Assembly (NCBI GenBank): GCA_977020255.1
Contig: CDROCS010004219.1
Span: forward strand, 1 to 64,000
Reading direction: 5' to 3'
Source: Obrimoposthia wandeli
Taxonomy: Eukaryota
Length of the DNA stretch: 64,000 nucleotides
The notes beneath the pieces are model-generated. The model saw only the letters and a list, made by a program, of their open reading frames with translations. It was not told where the DNA came from and searched no databases. Each line of letters opens with the position of its first letter. The first letter of the stretch is position 1. Positions 1 through 10,988 of the stretch are shown here, piece by piece. Both the position numbers and the translations under genes were made by a program.

Positions 1-48
1 CCTCATGCTTTCTCGTGTTGGTATTGTCAGCACGGCTATTTCATCGCT

Positions 49-1851
49 TTGCTTAAAGATGAACTGATAATTAAGAACAATCAAAAAGCTGAGAATGTTG
101 CAAAGCTCATTTCAATACGCTTCCAAGATTCTCTTGATATTGCTTTCAACGATTTAAAGGCATTACAAGCTTTTTACAGCGCAGATCAGCATCAATCATC
201 TCAAGCTGAATTTAATAAGTATATGCAAATACTCGATATTGAAAATCGTAATTACATTCAAGCATTAAGCTGGGTTCCACTAATAGCTGACAGCCAACGT
301 GAACAATTTGAGGCATACATTAAAGAGCAGCAACCTAATTTTAATATTATGCAACGCAGCAATGAAGGCGAATTAGTTAAAAGTAAAACTGCCAGCTATT
401 ATACGCCTGTGACATTCATTAGCCCTTATGAAAAGAACAAGGCGGCGCAAGGGTTTGACTTAAGCAGCAACAGTACGCGAAGCGCATCGCTAAAACACGC
501 ACGAGACACTGGCAAAACAACCATAACTGCAAAAATTCGCTTGGTTCAAGAAGAGAAAAACTCTTACGGTTTTTTAATTATCGCGCCTGTGTATAAAAAA
601 GATCAGCTTGTTTTAAATGTAGAAGATCGAAGAAAAGCACTGTTAGGCTATGTCACAGGGGTGTTTAGAATTGATTCTTTAATGGAAAGCGCTCGCCTGC
701 AAGCCGACAATGAAATGTTTTTACTGACGCTAACCGACCAAGATAAAAACAATGGCGGTATTCTATACGGGCAAAATAACAACGCAGAGCACTTTGATTT
801 TAATTTATCAATACCTGATCGTCACTGGGAACTAAGCGTTTCTTTAGATAGAGCACTAGATGAAAAAATAAACTCCCCACGTATTTCCAATTGGATTATG
901 TTAGGTGGAATTGTTATTAGTTTATTATTGGCTATTGCCATATATGCGTTAAATATCTCGATTGGTAGATCGAGTTGGATCAAAAGTTTAGGAGATCAAT
1001 TACAACAGCAAAACAATAAGCTTGAGACAAAAGTGATTGAAAGAACCGAGCTGTTGGCTGAAAAGAATGAAGAACTAAAGCAACGTATTGATGAACTGAC
1101 CAAGCAACGCGTAGTCATGTCTCAATTAATGCAAGAGTCTGAATCCGCGAAGAAAAGCGCTGAAATAAGAGCAGTAGAACTGGCTCGCTCTAACAAAGAT
1201 TTAGATGACTTTGCTTATGTCGCCTCGCATGATTTAAAAGCGCCTTTGCGCGGTATTATGCAGCTATCCGCTTGGATTCAAGAAGATATAGTCGATTATG
1301 CCAATGAAGAAACCAAGTCGAATCTTGATTTACTGATTAGCAGAACGTCTCGCTTGGAAAAGCTCTTAGAGGACTTATTAAATTACTCTCGTATTGGCCG
1401 AAAAAAAGGAGATATTGAGATCGTTAATATAAAAGAGCTAGTTTTAAATGTATTCGATTTACAAGACCCTCCTAAAAATATTACTTTAATCTGCCAAGAG
1501 ACCATGCCTGTCATCAAAACCAGCAAAGCCCCGCTTGAAACCATCATAAGAAATTTGATTGGCAATGCTATCAAGCACAACAGTGAAAAAAACGGTACGA
1601 TTAAATTTAACGTAAAAGAGCTGCCTGATTTGTACGAGTTTCGTGTCCAAGATAACGGCCCAGGTATCTCTGCAAGATATCATGAGCAAATTTTTGAGTT
1701 ATTTAGAACTTTGCAGCCAAGAGATGAAGTGGAAGGTAGTGGTATGGGCCTTTCTATTGTAAAAAAACTACTTCATTGTCAAAATGGCTCAATAAAAGTC
1801 GAGTCTGACGGAGAAAGCGGTACATGCTTCATTTTCACATGGCCAAAATAA
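49..1851 (+). CDS. CHASE-domain sensor histidine kinase (5' end uncertain, frame open to the window edge)
   Basis: CHASE-like periplasmic region (GFDLSSNSTR, KIRLVQE, GYVTGVFRI), TM helix, coiled coil, H-box ASHDLKAPLRGI, N-box NLIGNAIKH, G boxes DNGPGI and GSGMGL. Confidence 0.9.
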   Translation: MLKDELIIKNNQKAENVAKLISIRFQDSLDIAFNDLKALQAFYSADQHQSSQAEFNKYMQILDIENRNYIQALSWVPLIADSQREQFEAYIKEQQPNFNIMQRSNEGELVKSKTASYYTPVTFISPYEKNKAAQGFDLSSNSTRSASLKHARDTGKTTITAKIRLVQEEKNSYGFLIIAPVYKKDQLVLNVEDRRKALLGYVTGVFRIDSLMESARLQADNEMFLLTLTDQDKNNGGILYGQNNNAEHFDFNLSIPDRHWELSVSLDRALDEKINSPRISNWIMLGGIVISLLLAIAIYALNISIGRSSWIKSLGDQLQQQNNKLETKVIERTELLAEKNEELKQRIDELTKQRVVMSQLMQESESAKKSAEIRAVELARSNKDLDDFAYVASHDLKAPLRGIMQLSAWIQEDIVDYANEETKSNLDLLISRTSRLEKLLEDLLNYSRIGRKKGDIEIVNIKELVLNVFDLQDPPKNITLICQETMPVIKTSKAPLETIIRNLIGNAIKHNSEKNGTIKFNVKELPDLYEFRVQDNGPGISARYHEQIFELFRTLQPRDEVEGSGMGLSIVKKLLHCQNGSIKVESDGESGTCFIFTWPK

Positions 1852-1870
1852 AGGTAGATAAGGGAATCCT

Positions 1871-2299
1871 ATGAGTGACACTAATTATAAGCAAGCGACA
1901 ATTTTACTGGTTGAAGATGACGATTTAGATGCAAAAGTGGTAGTGCGCGCCTTCAATAAATTAAGGATAGCAAACCCTATTGTGCGTGCGAAAGATGGTG
2001 TTGAAGCGTTAGAGTTATTGAGAAACGATACTGTCTCTCATCCATTTATAATTTTGCTTGACTTAAATATGCCTCGAATGGGGGGATTGGAAATGTTAAG
2101 TGAATTACGCATTGACCAAGAGCTTAACAGCAGCGTCGTGTTTGTATTAACCACCAGCAAAGATGATGAAGATAAAACCCAGGCATACAGTAAAAATATA
2201 GCCGGTTATATTCTCAAAGAAAGATTACAAAATAATTTTGGAGATTTAGTTCAGCTATTTGATCATTATTGGAGAATAGTCGAGCTTCCAGATAAATAA
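1871..2299 (+). CDS. Single-domain response regulator (Rcp1/CheY-like), cognate of the upstream kinase
   Basis: ILLVEDD, ILLDLNMPRMGG (phospho-Asp), VLTTS, GYILK; 19 bp after the kinase. Confidence 0.92.
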   Translation: MSDTNYKQATILLVEDDDLDAKVVVRAFNKLRIANPIVRAKDGVEALELLRNDTVSHPFIILLDLNMPRMGGLEMLSELRIDQELNSSVVFVLTTSKDDEDKTQAYSKNIAGYILKERLQNNFGDLVQLFDHYWRIVELPDK

Positions 2300-2373
2300 A
2301 CAGCGTGTTGGTTTTCTTGTATAGACATAAGCTGAGCGTTGTAACATTACACTGTGTTCCTCCATCTCTGTTT

Positions 2374-5300
2374 TTAATGTTGCCAATTAGCATCACTCTT
2401 CCAGTGACTAATCCATACTGGAATATCACTGGCGGGCATAGGTTTAGCAATGCCATAACCTTGTGCTAATTCACATCCTAGTTGCAATAGTGCTGTACCG
2501 TGTTCTATTGTTTCAACCCCCTCAGCAATCACCTCACGTTTAAATGATTTAGCTAAAGCGACGACTCCCTCGACAATGGCTAAATCATCGGCATCGTGTA
2601 ACATATCTCTAACAAAACTCTGATCGACCTTTACTAATTTTGCAGGAAACCGCCTAAGATAAGTGAGCGATGAATAACCTGTGCCAAAATCATCCAATGC
2701 AAAGCTCACACCTAGCGCGATACAATCCTTCATGATTTTTGAGACATGATGTATATCACCTAAAGCGCTTGTTTCCAGTATCTCTAGCTCTAAATAATGT
2801 GGCTCAACATTGGGATGAGCTGTTAGCAGTGCTGTTAAACTCGTTACAAAGTGAGGCTGTTGTAATTGCAACGCCGCAATATTAACACTAATACTTATAG
2901 GGTAATTAAGCTCAACCTCTTGCCACTGCTCTATTTGCGTAAGGGCTGTATTTATGACCCATTCACCAATCTCGATGATCATGGGGCTGTTCTCGATCAC
3001 TGGTAAAAAATCACCCGGGTTTAACAGCCCACGTTTAGGGTGCTGCCATCGAATAAGTGCCTCGACTCCTATCACCTTGCCTGTTTTCATATTTACTTTA
3101 GGTTGGTAATACAGCACCAACTGATCATTATCTAATGCGTATCTAATAGCCTCAAGACTTTCGTGTCGCGCTTTAACCGCACTATCTTGGGCCGTATCAA
3201 ACAAATGATAGCGGTTTTTACCTGACTCTTTAGCGACATACATCGCTTGATCAGCATGTCGCATCAATAAATCAGCATCCACTTTATCTTGCGGATACAG
3301 AGTGACACCAATACTGGCTGACATATTTAAAACGACATTATCAATAGAGACGGGGTCCGACACTGAGAGCAATAGCCGCTCCAGTACTGGCTCGCAATCC
3401 TCAACGTTTATTAGATTAGCTAATACAGCCACGAACTCATCACCGCCAATACGAGCTAAACTGTCATTTTCGCGTAGCGCCCCTTTCATATGAGCCGATA
3501 GTGCGATTAACAGCTCATCACCCATAGAATGGCCATGAGTGTCATTAACTTGCTTGAAGCCATCTAAATCTAAAAATACCACAGCCAATGACTGAGCATA
3601 TCGATCACACTGGAGCATTGCTTGAGATAAGCGATCTGCAAGTAATGAGCGATTGGGTAAATTAGTCAGTATGTCGTAATGAGCAATGTGCTCTAATTGA
3701 TCTTGATGTTCTTTTATCAAGGTGATGTCGCTGCCAAAAGCAACGTAATGAGAGGGTAAATTTTGTTCATCACGAACCACGTTTATGGCTTTCAACTCAG
3801 CGTACACTTCTCCATTTTTACGTCGGTTCCATACTTCACCAGACCAATAACCTTGATCTAGTAGACCTTTCCACATATCAGCGTAAAATTCGCGGGACTG
3901 TCGCCCAGATTGAAGTATTCGGGAGTTTTGCCCTACTACTTCATCACGGTTGTACCCTGTTGTTATTGTAAATGCATTATTTACATCAATAATCACTCCT
4001 TCAGTGTCGGTGATGATTATGCCTTCTCGTGCGTAAGAAAACACGTTGGCGGCCAGTTTCAGCTTTTTTTCGGCTTGCTTTCGTTCCGTTAAGTCCACAT
4101 CGATGCAAAACATCTCAGGTGGTAATCCAGGCACATGGACATAAGCATGACTAGAAAACACATTAACGCTTCCACCACCCTTAGTCATCAAAGAGAGTTC
4201 AGCAGAAGGAATAGCATGCTTTGACTCAAACATTTTCTGCATCTCATCTCGAACACCGATATGCATCGATGGCGGGATAATCAAATCATAAATACTTTGA
4301 CCTAATGCTTCTTCAGCGCTGTAGCCGTATAATTTTTCAGAAGCTTTATTCCAGAAAAAAGTTTTCCCCTCATGGTCATAGCCTTGTACAGCAAATGAAG
4401 GAATAGATTGAAGAACTTGATGCAGCCTCTGTTCATTATTTTTTAACGATAAAAAAACCTTAGCCTGCTCAATAGCAATACTTGCTAAATATACTGCGTG
4501 CTCAATTATATTAATGTCGGTGAGTGTTGGCTGATGTCTGTTGCGATGGTAGACGGCGAAAGTGCCCAGTACTTGACCTTGTGAGGAACGTATTGGTTCA
4601 GACCAACAAGAACTTAACCCCGCTTTAGCTGCCAACTCTCTATAAGCTACCCAATATGGGTGAGTTTGAATATCTTCAATAATTACCCGTTTATTAGTAA
4701 ATGCTGCAGTCCCGCAAGAGCCAAAGCCGACACCAATGCTAAGGCCGTCAATCTGCGCGCTATAATAATCAGGAAGACTGGGGCTTATGCCATTAAATAA
4801 CTGTTTTCCAGTTTCATCTAGTAATAAAATACTGCATAGCATTGCGGGGTTTTCTTGCTCCACACTGCGTACAATAGTTTCGAGTATGACAGGTAATAGC
4901 TCATTACTAGCAAGCATTTCTAGTATTTGAGTGCGAGACTTTTCACGTAGTTCTGCGGTTTTTCGTTCAGTGACATCTTGATGTGTACCACAGAGCCTAA
5001 AGGGTTCGCGAGTATTACCTTGGTATTCAATTATAGAGCCTGAACTTTGAATCCAAATGCATCTGCCATCTGCATGCATCATTCTGAACTCAACTATTAA
5101 TTCTTTTTTTGACTGTATATGTAACTGGACTGTTTCTAATAAAAGATCTTTATCACTGGGGTGTATTAAATTTTTCCATTCCTGAATATGGTTGGTAAAG
5201 CCTTCTCGTGATAGCCCAAGAATCATCAGCCATTCATCGTTAACTGCTAGTTCTCCTGTTTTATAGCTCCAATCCCAGTAACCCAGTTTTGAACCGTTAA

Positions 5301-5994
5301 TAACCCCCTCAAGCTGTTTTTGAGATTGACGTAGCTTTTCTCTACTCAGCTTAAGAGCTGCTATTCTTTGAACCTTCCAAGTATCATCACATAATAATAC
5401 GCCGCAAATCACCATACCTAGAATAGAGATTAGGATAATTGATAAGTATTGTTTGAATTTAGCCGCGAGAATATCTTCGATTGTTACCTCTTGTAAGGTG
5501 TTTTCAATCTGATTAACGGCACGATTAAAATGGGCAAAAGCCAGATCAAAGCTCTGTTTGATGTCAGCATTGGTATTGTTTGTTGAGAGCGAGACCCAAC
5601 GCTTGTGGGTCATTTGCCTAAAATTTTGAAGGCTTGCGATTGTCTCTTCAATACTTATACGTAAATCGTGATCGCTTAGTGGCTTGAAGGCACTACCTTT
5701 GTACATACCACCATTTAGTATGGTCTGAGCAGTTTGTTTTGATTGATCAAAATATCGCCATATTGTGTTAATATCAGCCGTTCGATTACGACTGGTACTA
5801 TCGGCTACCAGCAAATGGGCTTCGCTCATTTCAGACTTTATCTCCTTAACAGCACTAACTAAAGGAAAATATCGCTCTGTCAGTTCACGCCCAATATGAA
5901 ATGAGCAATAAACAATCGCCATAATAAGTAACGTTACAAATAAAGAAACTAAAAAAATTTTACGATGATGCGTGTGCATTAGATGTATCCACAA
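2374..5994 (-). CDS. Membrane-anchored PAS-GAF-PAS-PAS-GGDEF-EAL protein (start may be 5979)
   Basis: Two TM segments, PAS3 (GYWDWSY), GAF (GSCGTAAF, CWSEPI), GGDEF with RENDS I-site, EAL, DDFGTGYSS. Confidence 0.95.
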   Translation of the reverse strand: MWIHLMHTHHRKIFLVSLFVTLLIMAIVYCSFHIGRELTERYFPLVSAVKEIKSEMSEAHLLVADSTSRNRTADINTIWRYFDQSKQTAQTILNGGMYKGSAFKPLSDHDLRISIEETIASLQNFRQMTHKRWVSLSTNNTNADIKQSFDLAFAHFNRAVNQIENTLQEVTIEDILAAKFKQYLSIILISILGMVICGVLLCDDTWKVQRIAALKLSREKLRQSQKQLEGVINGSKLGYWDWSYKTGELAVNDEWLMILGLSREGFTNHIQEWKNLIHPSDKDLLLETVQLHIQSKKELIVEFRMMHADGRCIWIQSSGSIIEYQGNTREPFRLCGTHQDVTERKTAELREKSRTQILEMLASNELLPVILETIVRSVEQENPAMLCSILLLDETGKQLFNGISPSLPDYYSAQIDGLSIGVGFGSCGTAAFTNKRVIIEDIQTHPYWVAYRELAAKAGLSSCWSEPIRSSQGQVLGTFAVYHRNRHQPTLTDINIIEHAVYLASIAIEQAKVFLSLKNNEQRLHQVLQSIPSFAVQGYDHEGKTFFWNKASEKLYGYSAEEALGQSIYDLIIPPSMHIGVRDEMQKMFESKHAIPSAELSLMTKGGGSVNVFSSHAYVHVPGLPPEMFCIDVDLTERKQAEKKLKLAANVFSYAREGIIITDTEGVIIDVNNAFTITTGYNRDEVVGQNSRILQSGRQSREFYADMWKGLLDQGYWSGEVWNRRKNGEVYAELKAINVVRDEQNLPSHYVAFGSDITLIKEHQDQLEHIAHYDILTNLPNRSLLADRLSQAMLQCDRYAQSLAVVFLDLDGFKQVNDTHGHSMGDELLIALSAHMKGALRENDSLARIGGDEFVAVLANLINVEDCEPVLERLLLSVSDPVSIDNVVLNMSASIGVTLYPQDKVDADLLMRHADQAMYVAKESGKNRYHLFDTAQDSAVKARHESLEAIRYALDNDQLVLYYQPKVNMKTGKVIGVEALIRWQHPKRGLLNPGDFLPVIENSPMIIEIGEWVINTALTQIEQWQEVELNYPISISVNIAALQLQQPHFVTSLTALLTAHPNVEPHYLELEILETSALGDIHHVSKIMKDCIALGVSFALDDFGTGYSSLTYLRRFPAKLVKVDQSFVRDMLHDADDLAIVEGVVALAKSFKREVIAEGVETIEHGTALLQLGCELAQGYGIAKPMPASDIPVWISHWKSDANWQH

Positions 5995-6045
5995 TTAATA
6001 CAATACGTTAGTTTTGCTCGCCAATGACACTCTCTTATTACAATC

Positions 6046-6086
6046 AATAAGTTAGAGAACTTTCATTTTTTAACCGGACAGTAATA
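6046..6086. repeat. Partial copy (one end) of the element at 53921-54069
   Basis: 6046-6082 matches 54029-54065 at 30/37 positions (manual count), ending TTAACCGGACAGT. Confidence 0.6.
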
Positions 6087-6163
6087 AATTGTAGTACAAA
6101 AAATCATACTTGGGTTTTATTAATCGCAGATTCGATACTCAAATGTATCGCTTAAATATGTAG

Positions 6164-7330
6164 CTATAAAGTAACTTCTTTAAATTCATAGGCTATTAAA
6201 GCAAACTTTTCTTTAAGGCTAATAACGGCTTCAACGCAGTCTGCATCAAAAAGCGTACCTATGTTATTTTTTAGATAGTCTAATGTTTGTGCAGATGTCC
6301 ACGCTGTTTTATACGGTCGATTGCTAGTTAAAGCATCGTATACATCGGCAACTCTCACTATTCTTGCTTCTATTGGAATGCTTTCGCCACAAAGGCCAGA
6401 AGGGTACCCACTACCATCCCAGTTTTCATGATGACTAACCACTATATTAATCAATAGCGAACTAAAGTGTTTTCCTTCCAAATAAAGGTTTTTTAGTGCG
6501 CTATCTATAATATCTTTACCGATCGTCGTGTGGCCTTTCATCACATTAAACTCACTGACTGTGAGCTTCCCTTTTTTAAGGAGTATTTTATCAGGTATAC
6601 CAATTTTACCTATATCATGAAGTGGAGCACATTGATAAAGCTCTTCAATAAACTGATCGTCAAAGCTATACTTACCTGCAAGCTTTAATGCGATCAAACG
6701 ACTGTAATGGCTCATTCTCTCAAGGTGCTCACCTGTTTCGTTATCTCTAAGTTTTGCGACTTCTTTTAATGTTTTTGCTGTACTTTTGAGCGATCTCAGA
6801 GCGTAAAGCTCACCGATGACTAAGAATGAAGTGAACTTCAAGAGCGCGTCAAATTGAATTCGTGAATACTCATTTTCAAATTCATCTTTATTTAGTGATG
6901 ATAATGCAATTATTCCTATAAATTTTTTATTTTCATATATCGGCGCCAAATAAGAGCTTTTATACCCTATCTTAAGTAGCTCTTTTGCAGTATAGCTATT
7001 TTTATCAGCCTCCAAATATCTGATATGCCTTTTACTTCCATCAGTAAGTATACTCAATAATTTTGCTAACACTTCAATGGGCGCTTCTATATGCGCCAAA
7101 GGTTCTTGCAATCCCTTATTACTCAAAAAAGCTTTTAGTGTTCTAGCTTTTTCATCATAGACCCCTATAGAAATACGAGTCACACCTGCATAATGAGATT
7201 CTAATATTTGGCAGATGATATCTAAACTATCACTCAAAGGGCTTTCAAAAGACACCCCATCAAGCACTTGGGTAATGACAGATATAGGACGATTTTCAGT
7301 ATCACTCATACAGTTACCATTAAAGAACAC
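6164..7330 (-). CDS. HD-GYP c-di-GMP phosphodiesterase with N-terminal GAF-like region
   Basis: ETGEHLERM, LHDIGKIGIPD, HHENWDGSGYP, ADVYDALT..RPYK. Confidence 0.93.
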   Translation of the reverse strand: MFFNGNCMSDTENRPISVITQVLDGVSFESPLSDSLDIICQILESHYAGVTRISIGVYDEKARTLKAFLSNKGLQEPLAHIEAPIEVLAKLLSILTDGSKRHIRYLEADKNSYTAKELLKIGYKSSYLAPIYENKKFIGIIALSSLNKDEFENEYSRIQFDALLKFTSFLVIGELYALRSLKSTAKTLKEVAKLRDNETGEHLERMSHYSRLIALKLAGKYSFDDQFIEELYQCAPLHDIGKIGIPDKILLKKGKLTVSEFNVMKGHTTIGKDIIDSALKNLYLEGKHFSSLLINIVVSHHENWDGSGYPSGLCGESIPIEARIVRVADVYDALTSNRPYKTAWTSAQTLDYLKNNIGTLFDADCVEAVISLKEKFALIAYEFKEVTL

Positions 7331-7973
7331 AGAGACTTTTTTTCTTTTTCAAATTAGTAATATTTGATGCAAGTTTATATTAACTATAAAACTCATCTCA
7401 AAACCAAACAACGTTTGCATTGTTAGAGTACGAGTAAGATTATGAGTATTTAACCTAACACTACCATTACTGCTATTGATAACGACTATTAATACAACGA
7501 ATAGTTTGGATTTAAACGCGCTGTTTCAAACAGATTGACCGTTAAGCTTTATTCAAATTTGGCCGAATCTTACATTAAAGTTAAGCGCACAAAATAGATC
7601 TATATCAAACAACTAACGAAGGGGGTCATAATACTCATTGCAGTATTTTAGAAATACAACTCAGTTTTGAGCGAAGCTAACGACAGGCACTGATTAAGAA
7701 AAAAAATAGCTTAAAACTCTTCACACTCGCTGACCAGCTTTATAAATTATCGAGTGATGCCAAGGCCCCTACTCACCATTGTCTAAAGCTGTTTAGTGTC
7801 TATTAGTGACGACTCATCTGTTGACCAAAATATTCTATAATCCACCTCACTGATCCACTTTTATCAGCTTATGTGCTTAACTATCGATTTAATATTAGGC
7901 TTTGGTCTTAATGGGTAGAGCAGGCTTGTCGCAAACTGATAACAAAGCCACACTCTACTCACCGTTTTATACG

Positions 7974-9011
7974 TTATGAGATTGATTTTTCAAGACACTC
8001 TATAAACAGATCGATTTGTGCTTCATCGCTTGCCCACGATGTGACTAAACGGATAACGCTATTATCGTTATCCACTTTTTCCCACACATAAAAATCAAAT
8101 CTATCTTGTAGCCTTTCAATCAGTAGATTTGGAAGGATAGGAAATATTTGATTTGTCTCAGTCTCAGCTGAGAGCGTATATCCACATCTCAATATAGCTG
8201 ATGAGAGTTTATCGGCCATTTTGTTGGCGAATTTTGCCGACTCAAAATAGAGACCATCCTTGAACAGCTCTACAAATTGGACGCCCAACAACCGACCTTT
8301 AGCTAACAACGCGCCTCTTTGTTTAATATGAAACGCAAAATCTTCTGCCAAAGCGGCATTATTGATGACAATAGCTTCACCTAATAACGCGCCAGCTTTA
8401 GTGCCTCCCATCCAAAATACGTCTGTTAACTGCGCGATGTCTTTCAAGCTTAAATCATTTTTTTCAGCAGATAGCGCCGCACCTAACCGAGCACCGTCTA
8501 ATAGGAGTAACAAACCATTCGCTTTGCAAATTTTTGACAATGCCGTGAGTTCAGCTTTTGTGTAAAGTGTGCCTATTTCAGTTGAATTAGAGAGATACAC
8601 CAGCCTAGGTTTAGCCATATGCGGGAAATGCGCATTGCTATCTAGTGCATTTTGCACGCTCTGCGGCGTTAGCTTTCCATCCTCTGGTGCAACCGTAATA
8701 ATTTTGTGACCTGTCGCTTCAATTGCTCCGGTTTCGCGTACCACTATATGTCCGCTACTGGGTGCAATAACCGCCTCATGTGATCTCAGACAACTAGCCA
8801 TAATAATAATATTTGCCAGTGTGCCACCGGCTACAAAAAAGACCGATGATTCAGAGTTATCAAGTTGCTGCTTGATTAAAGACCTCGCCTGAATCGAATA
8901 CTCATCTTCACCGTATGCCGTTTGTTGTACCAGGTTTGTTTTTGCAAGTGCTGCTAAAATTTGCGGATGACAACCTTCACTGTAATCATCTAAAAAACTG
9001 TATTTACTCAT
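7974..9011 (-). CDS. ltaE: Low-specificity L-threonine aldolase family (PLP)
   Basis: DDYSEGCHP, YGEDEYS, GGTLAN, HIVVRETGA, LDGARLG, GGTKAG (PLP Lys), RLVTSW. Confidence 0.9.
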   Translation of the reverse strand: MSKYSFLDDYSEGCHPQILAALAKTNLVQQTAYGEDEYSIQARSLIKQQLDNSESSVFFVAGGTLANIIIMASCLRSHEAVIAPSSGHIVVRETGAIEATGHKIITVAPEDGKLTPQSVQNALDSNAHFPHMAKPRLVYLSNSTEIGTLYTKAELTALSKICKANGLLLLLDGARLGAALSAEKNDLSLKDIAQLTDVFWMGGTKAGALLGEAIVINNAALAEDFAFHIKQRGALLAKGRLLGVQFVELFKDGLYFESAKFANKMADKLSSAILRCGYTLSAETETNQIFPILPNLLIERLQDRFDFYVWEKVDNDNSVIRLVTSWASDEAQIDLFIECLEKSIS

Positions 9012-9226
9012 GCTGTTATACCTTTAAATCAATCTTTAAATTTGGCTTAGCTAGATTAGAGCAAGCGCTTAATATTAGGCTCGTCTTCACTTCTTTACAT
9101 AAGATGTTTAGACACTTTAGCCCTAGAATTTTCTCATACCAACCCGTGTTAAATACACTGTTGCTTATTCATGAATAGATCTACACTTGAATTAACCCTA
9201 CTGTAACAATTTATAAGTTGAGTCCG

Positions 9227-9242
9227 ATTGTAAAAAATTGCA
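9227..9242 (-). promoter_or_regulatory. Candidate AraC-family binding site upstream of ltaE
   Basis: ATTGTAAAAAATTGCA, 15/16 identical to 10326-10341 upstream of the adjacent araC gene. Confidence 0.5.
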
Positions 9243-9438
9243 ACGATAGTTAACTTGAAACAAAACGTGTATATCACCTTACCCTCAATGGATGCTCTTT
9301 TCATATGTAATATCTGGTGTTAGTTACTCATGCTTTATGCAGTGAGCATTTAAAATGCGGGTGAATTTATACTTGGGAATCACAAAGCAGTATCTGTGTG
9401 AAGCGGCCCTCTTATAAGGAGAAAGACCAACCGTTACC

Positions 9439-10266
9439 TTAATAAAGTGATGGGGATACGCCATATGCTTGTCTAAAAGCACGATTAAAATGGCTGTGGT
9501 CATAAAAACCAACCGCTACGGCAACGTTAGCAATGTTCATATTGTCATTTCTTAACATTGCACAGGCATGCTCCAACCTTAACTGAATTAACCAAAGGCG
9601 TGGCGTGACTCCGGTGGTTTTTTCAAACCTTCTTAAAAATTGATAACGGCTTAATCCACACAGTTTACCAAGATCATCTAATACAATTTTGCCTGCAAAA
9701 TTGGCATAACAGTAATCCTTCACAATCATCCAATGCCGCTGCGAAAGGCCTCCGACAACTGACTTGGGTGAGACGGCGCATAGCGTTGATAATAACGGTG
9801 TAAGCACCCCCAACCAACTTTCTTCAACGGCTAAAGAAGACAAGTTACTCTCTTGCTGTATGTCACTATAAATGCGTAATAAACGTGAGGCTATATGCTC
9901 ATTTTCAACCATTGCTCCGCCAAAACAAATACCGTTGGGCTTATCGAAAACATCTTCAAAATAGCCTGTCAGTAATGCACTGGAGATGCGAAAGGTTTTC
10001 ATTCTATATTTATCAGCACCTGCTGCACCGTCATGTATCTCACCTGGTGGCATAACAGAGACACGGCCAGGCCCTAAGAGTACCGTTTGCCCTTTAAATT
10101 TTTGGCGCTGCACACCTTCATCAACTAAGCCGATGTGATAATCAATATGAAAATGAGGATCCATGTGGTTATCAGAGTAATGACCTTCACTTAAAATTAA
10201 ACCTGGTGTATCTAAAACACGATGAAACTTAACGTGATCATTCATAGGTTTCCCTTTTTTGGTCAT
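9439..10266 (-). CDS. AraC-family regulator (start probably 10245)
   Basis: Cupin-like N-domain (PHFHIDYHIG, MPPGEIHDG); C-terminal HTH (LSRYQFLRRF, GFYDHSHFNRAF). Confidence 0.93.
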   Translation of the reverse strand: MTKKGKPMNDHVKFHRVLDTPGLILSEGHYSDNHMDPHFHIDYHIGLVDEGVQRQKFKGQTVLLGPGRVSVMPPGEIHDGAAGADKYRMKTFRISSALLTGYFEDVFDKPNGICFGGAMVENEHIASRLLRIYSDIQQESNLSSLAVEESWLGVLTPLLSTLCAVSPKSVVGGLSQRHWMIVKDYCYANFAGKIVLDDLGKLCGLSRYQFLRRFEKTTGVTPRLWLIQLRLEHACAMLRNDNMNIANVAVAVGFYDHSHFNRAFRQAYGVSPSLY

Positions 10267-10325
10267 CGTCGAGCGACAGCTAAACGGCTTAATTTTTCAA
10301 TTTTATATGATTATCTTTAAACTGC

Positions 10326-10341
10326 ATTGTATAAAATTGCA
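10326..10341 (-). promoter_or_regulatory. Candidate AraC-family binding site upstream of araC
   Basis: ATTGTATAAAATTGCA, twin of 9227-9242 in the same orientation. Confidence 0.5.
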
Positions 10342-10375
10342 GTCATTGTTCTATAAATAGCAGCTATTCACAACT

Positions 10376-10483
10376 CTAAACCTTACCTGCTGGGCCATCA
10401 ATATCAAGTGCAGATTCGGGAATACTGATACGTTGTAATTGAGCAGCGTTATGAAGCAGTGCTTCTACTCCTCTATCATTAAA
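10376..10483 (-). pseudogene. C-terminal remnant of a MocA-like nucleotidyltransferase
   Basis: Manual translation FNDRGVEALLHNAAQLQRISIPESALDIDGPAGKV*, resembling the family ending GDxGAxxLL...DIDTP; in-frame stop upstream and no start. Confidence 0.5.
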
Positions 10484-10568
10484 CTATCTATAGTTAGGTT
10501 AAAGCAATTCAATTAACCTAACTAGATATTGCCTAAGCATTACTACTCAATTTATACATATCATCTGT

Positions 10569-10847
10569 TTACTGCATGGCTTTTATTTTTTCTATGTGCA
10601 AGTAAATGACATTACAGGCACCTGGTTTTATATTAAAAATTGAATGTGAGTTTTCACTATCTGAAATACCCAAATTGAAGGGGATCGATATTGGTAAACT
10701 ATTGCGGTGATTAGGATGAGGATTTACATCTAACTCCACACATTTATCATCATCTAACTCGATAATGATTGATTGCGCGCTAATTTCTGTGCGCTCGCCA
10801 TTCTCATCTACAGAAAATACTTTATATTTCATGATGTCTAATCTCAT
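10569..10847 (-). CDS. Small hypothetical protein
   Basis: 92-aa ORF with protein-like composition; no recognisable motif. Confidence 0.6.
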   Translation of the reverse strand: MRLDIMKYKVFSVDENGERTEISAQSIIIELDDDKCVELDVNPHPNHRNSLPISIPFNLGISDSENSHSIFNIKPGACNVIYLHIEKIKAMQ

Positions 10848-10894
10848 TATTTTTGCTAAGCGGGGCGCTTGATTCCTTGGAAAAATTTTCGGTA

Positions 10895-10919
10895 TTAGTT
10901 AATGCCCATCCAGAAACAG
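10895..10919 (-). repeat. 25-bp dispersed repeat, copy B
   Basis: Minus strand CTGTTTCTGGATGGGCATTAACTAA; 23/25 identical to 25508-25532. Confidence 0.7.
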
Positions 10920-10988
10920 CTAGCTACCATCATCCTAAATACGTAATCTTCTAAGATCTACATAGACAATTCCATTAAACTACTTTGC

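Noticed and set aside
1-48. Possible frameshift at the 5' end of the CHASE kinase (other frames look more hydrophobic)
   Set aside because: Only 48 bp of context; cannot be separated from a normal upstream start.
7630-7700. TAATACTCATTGCAG... possible end of another repeat family
   Set aside because: Single copy in the window and no partner IR.
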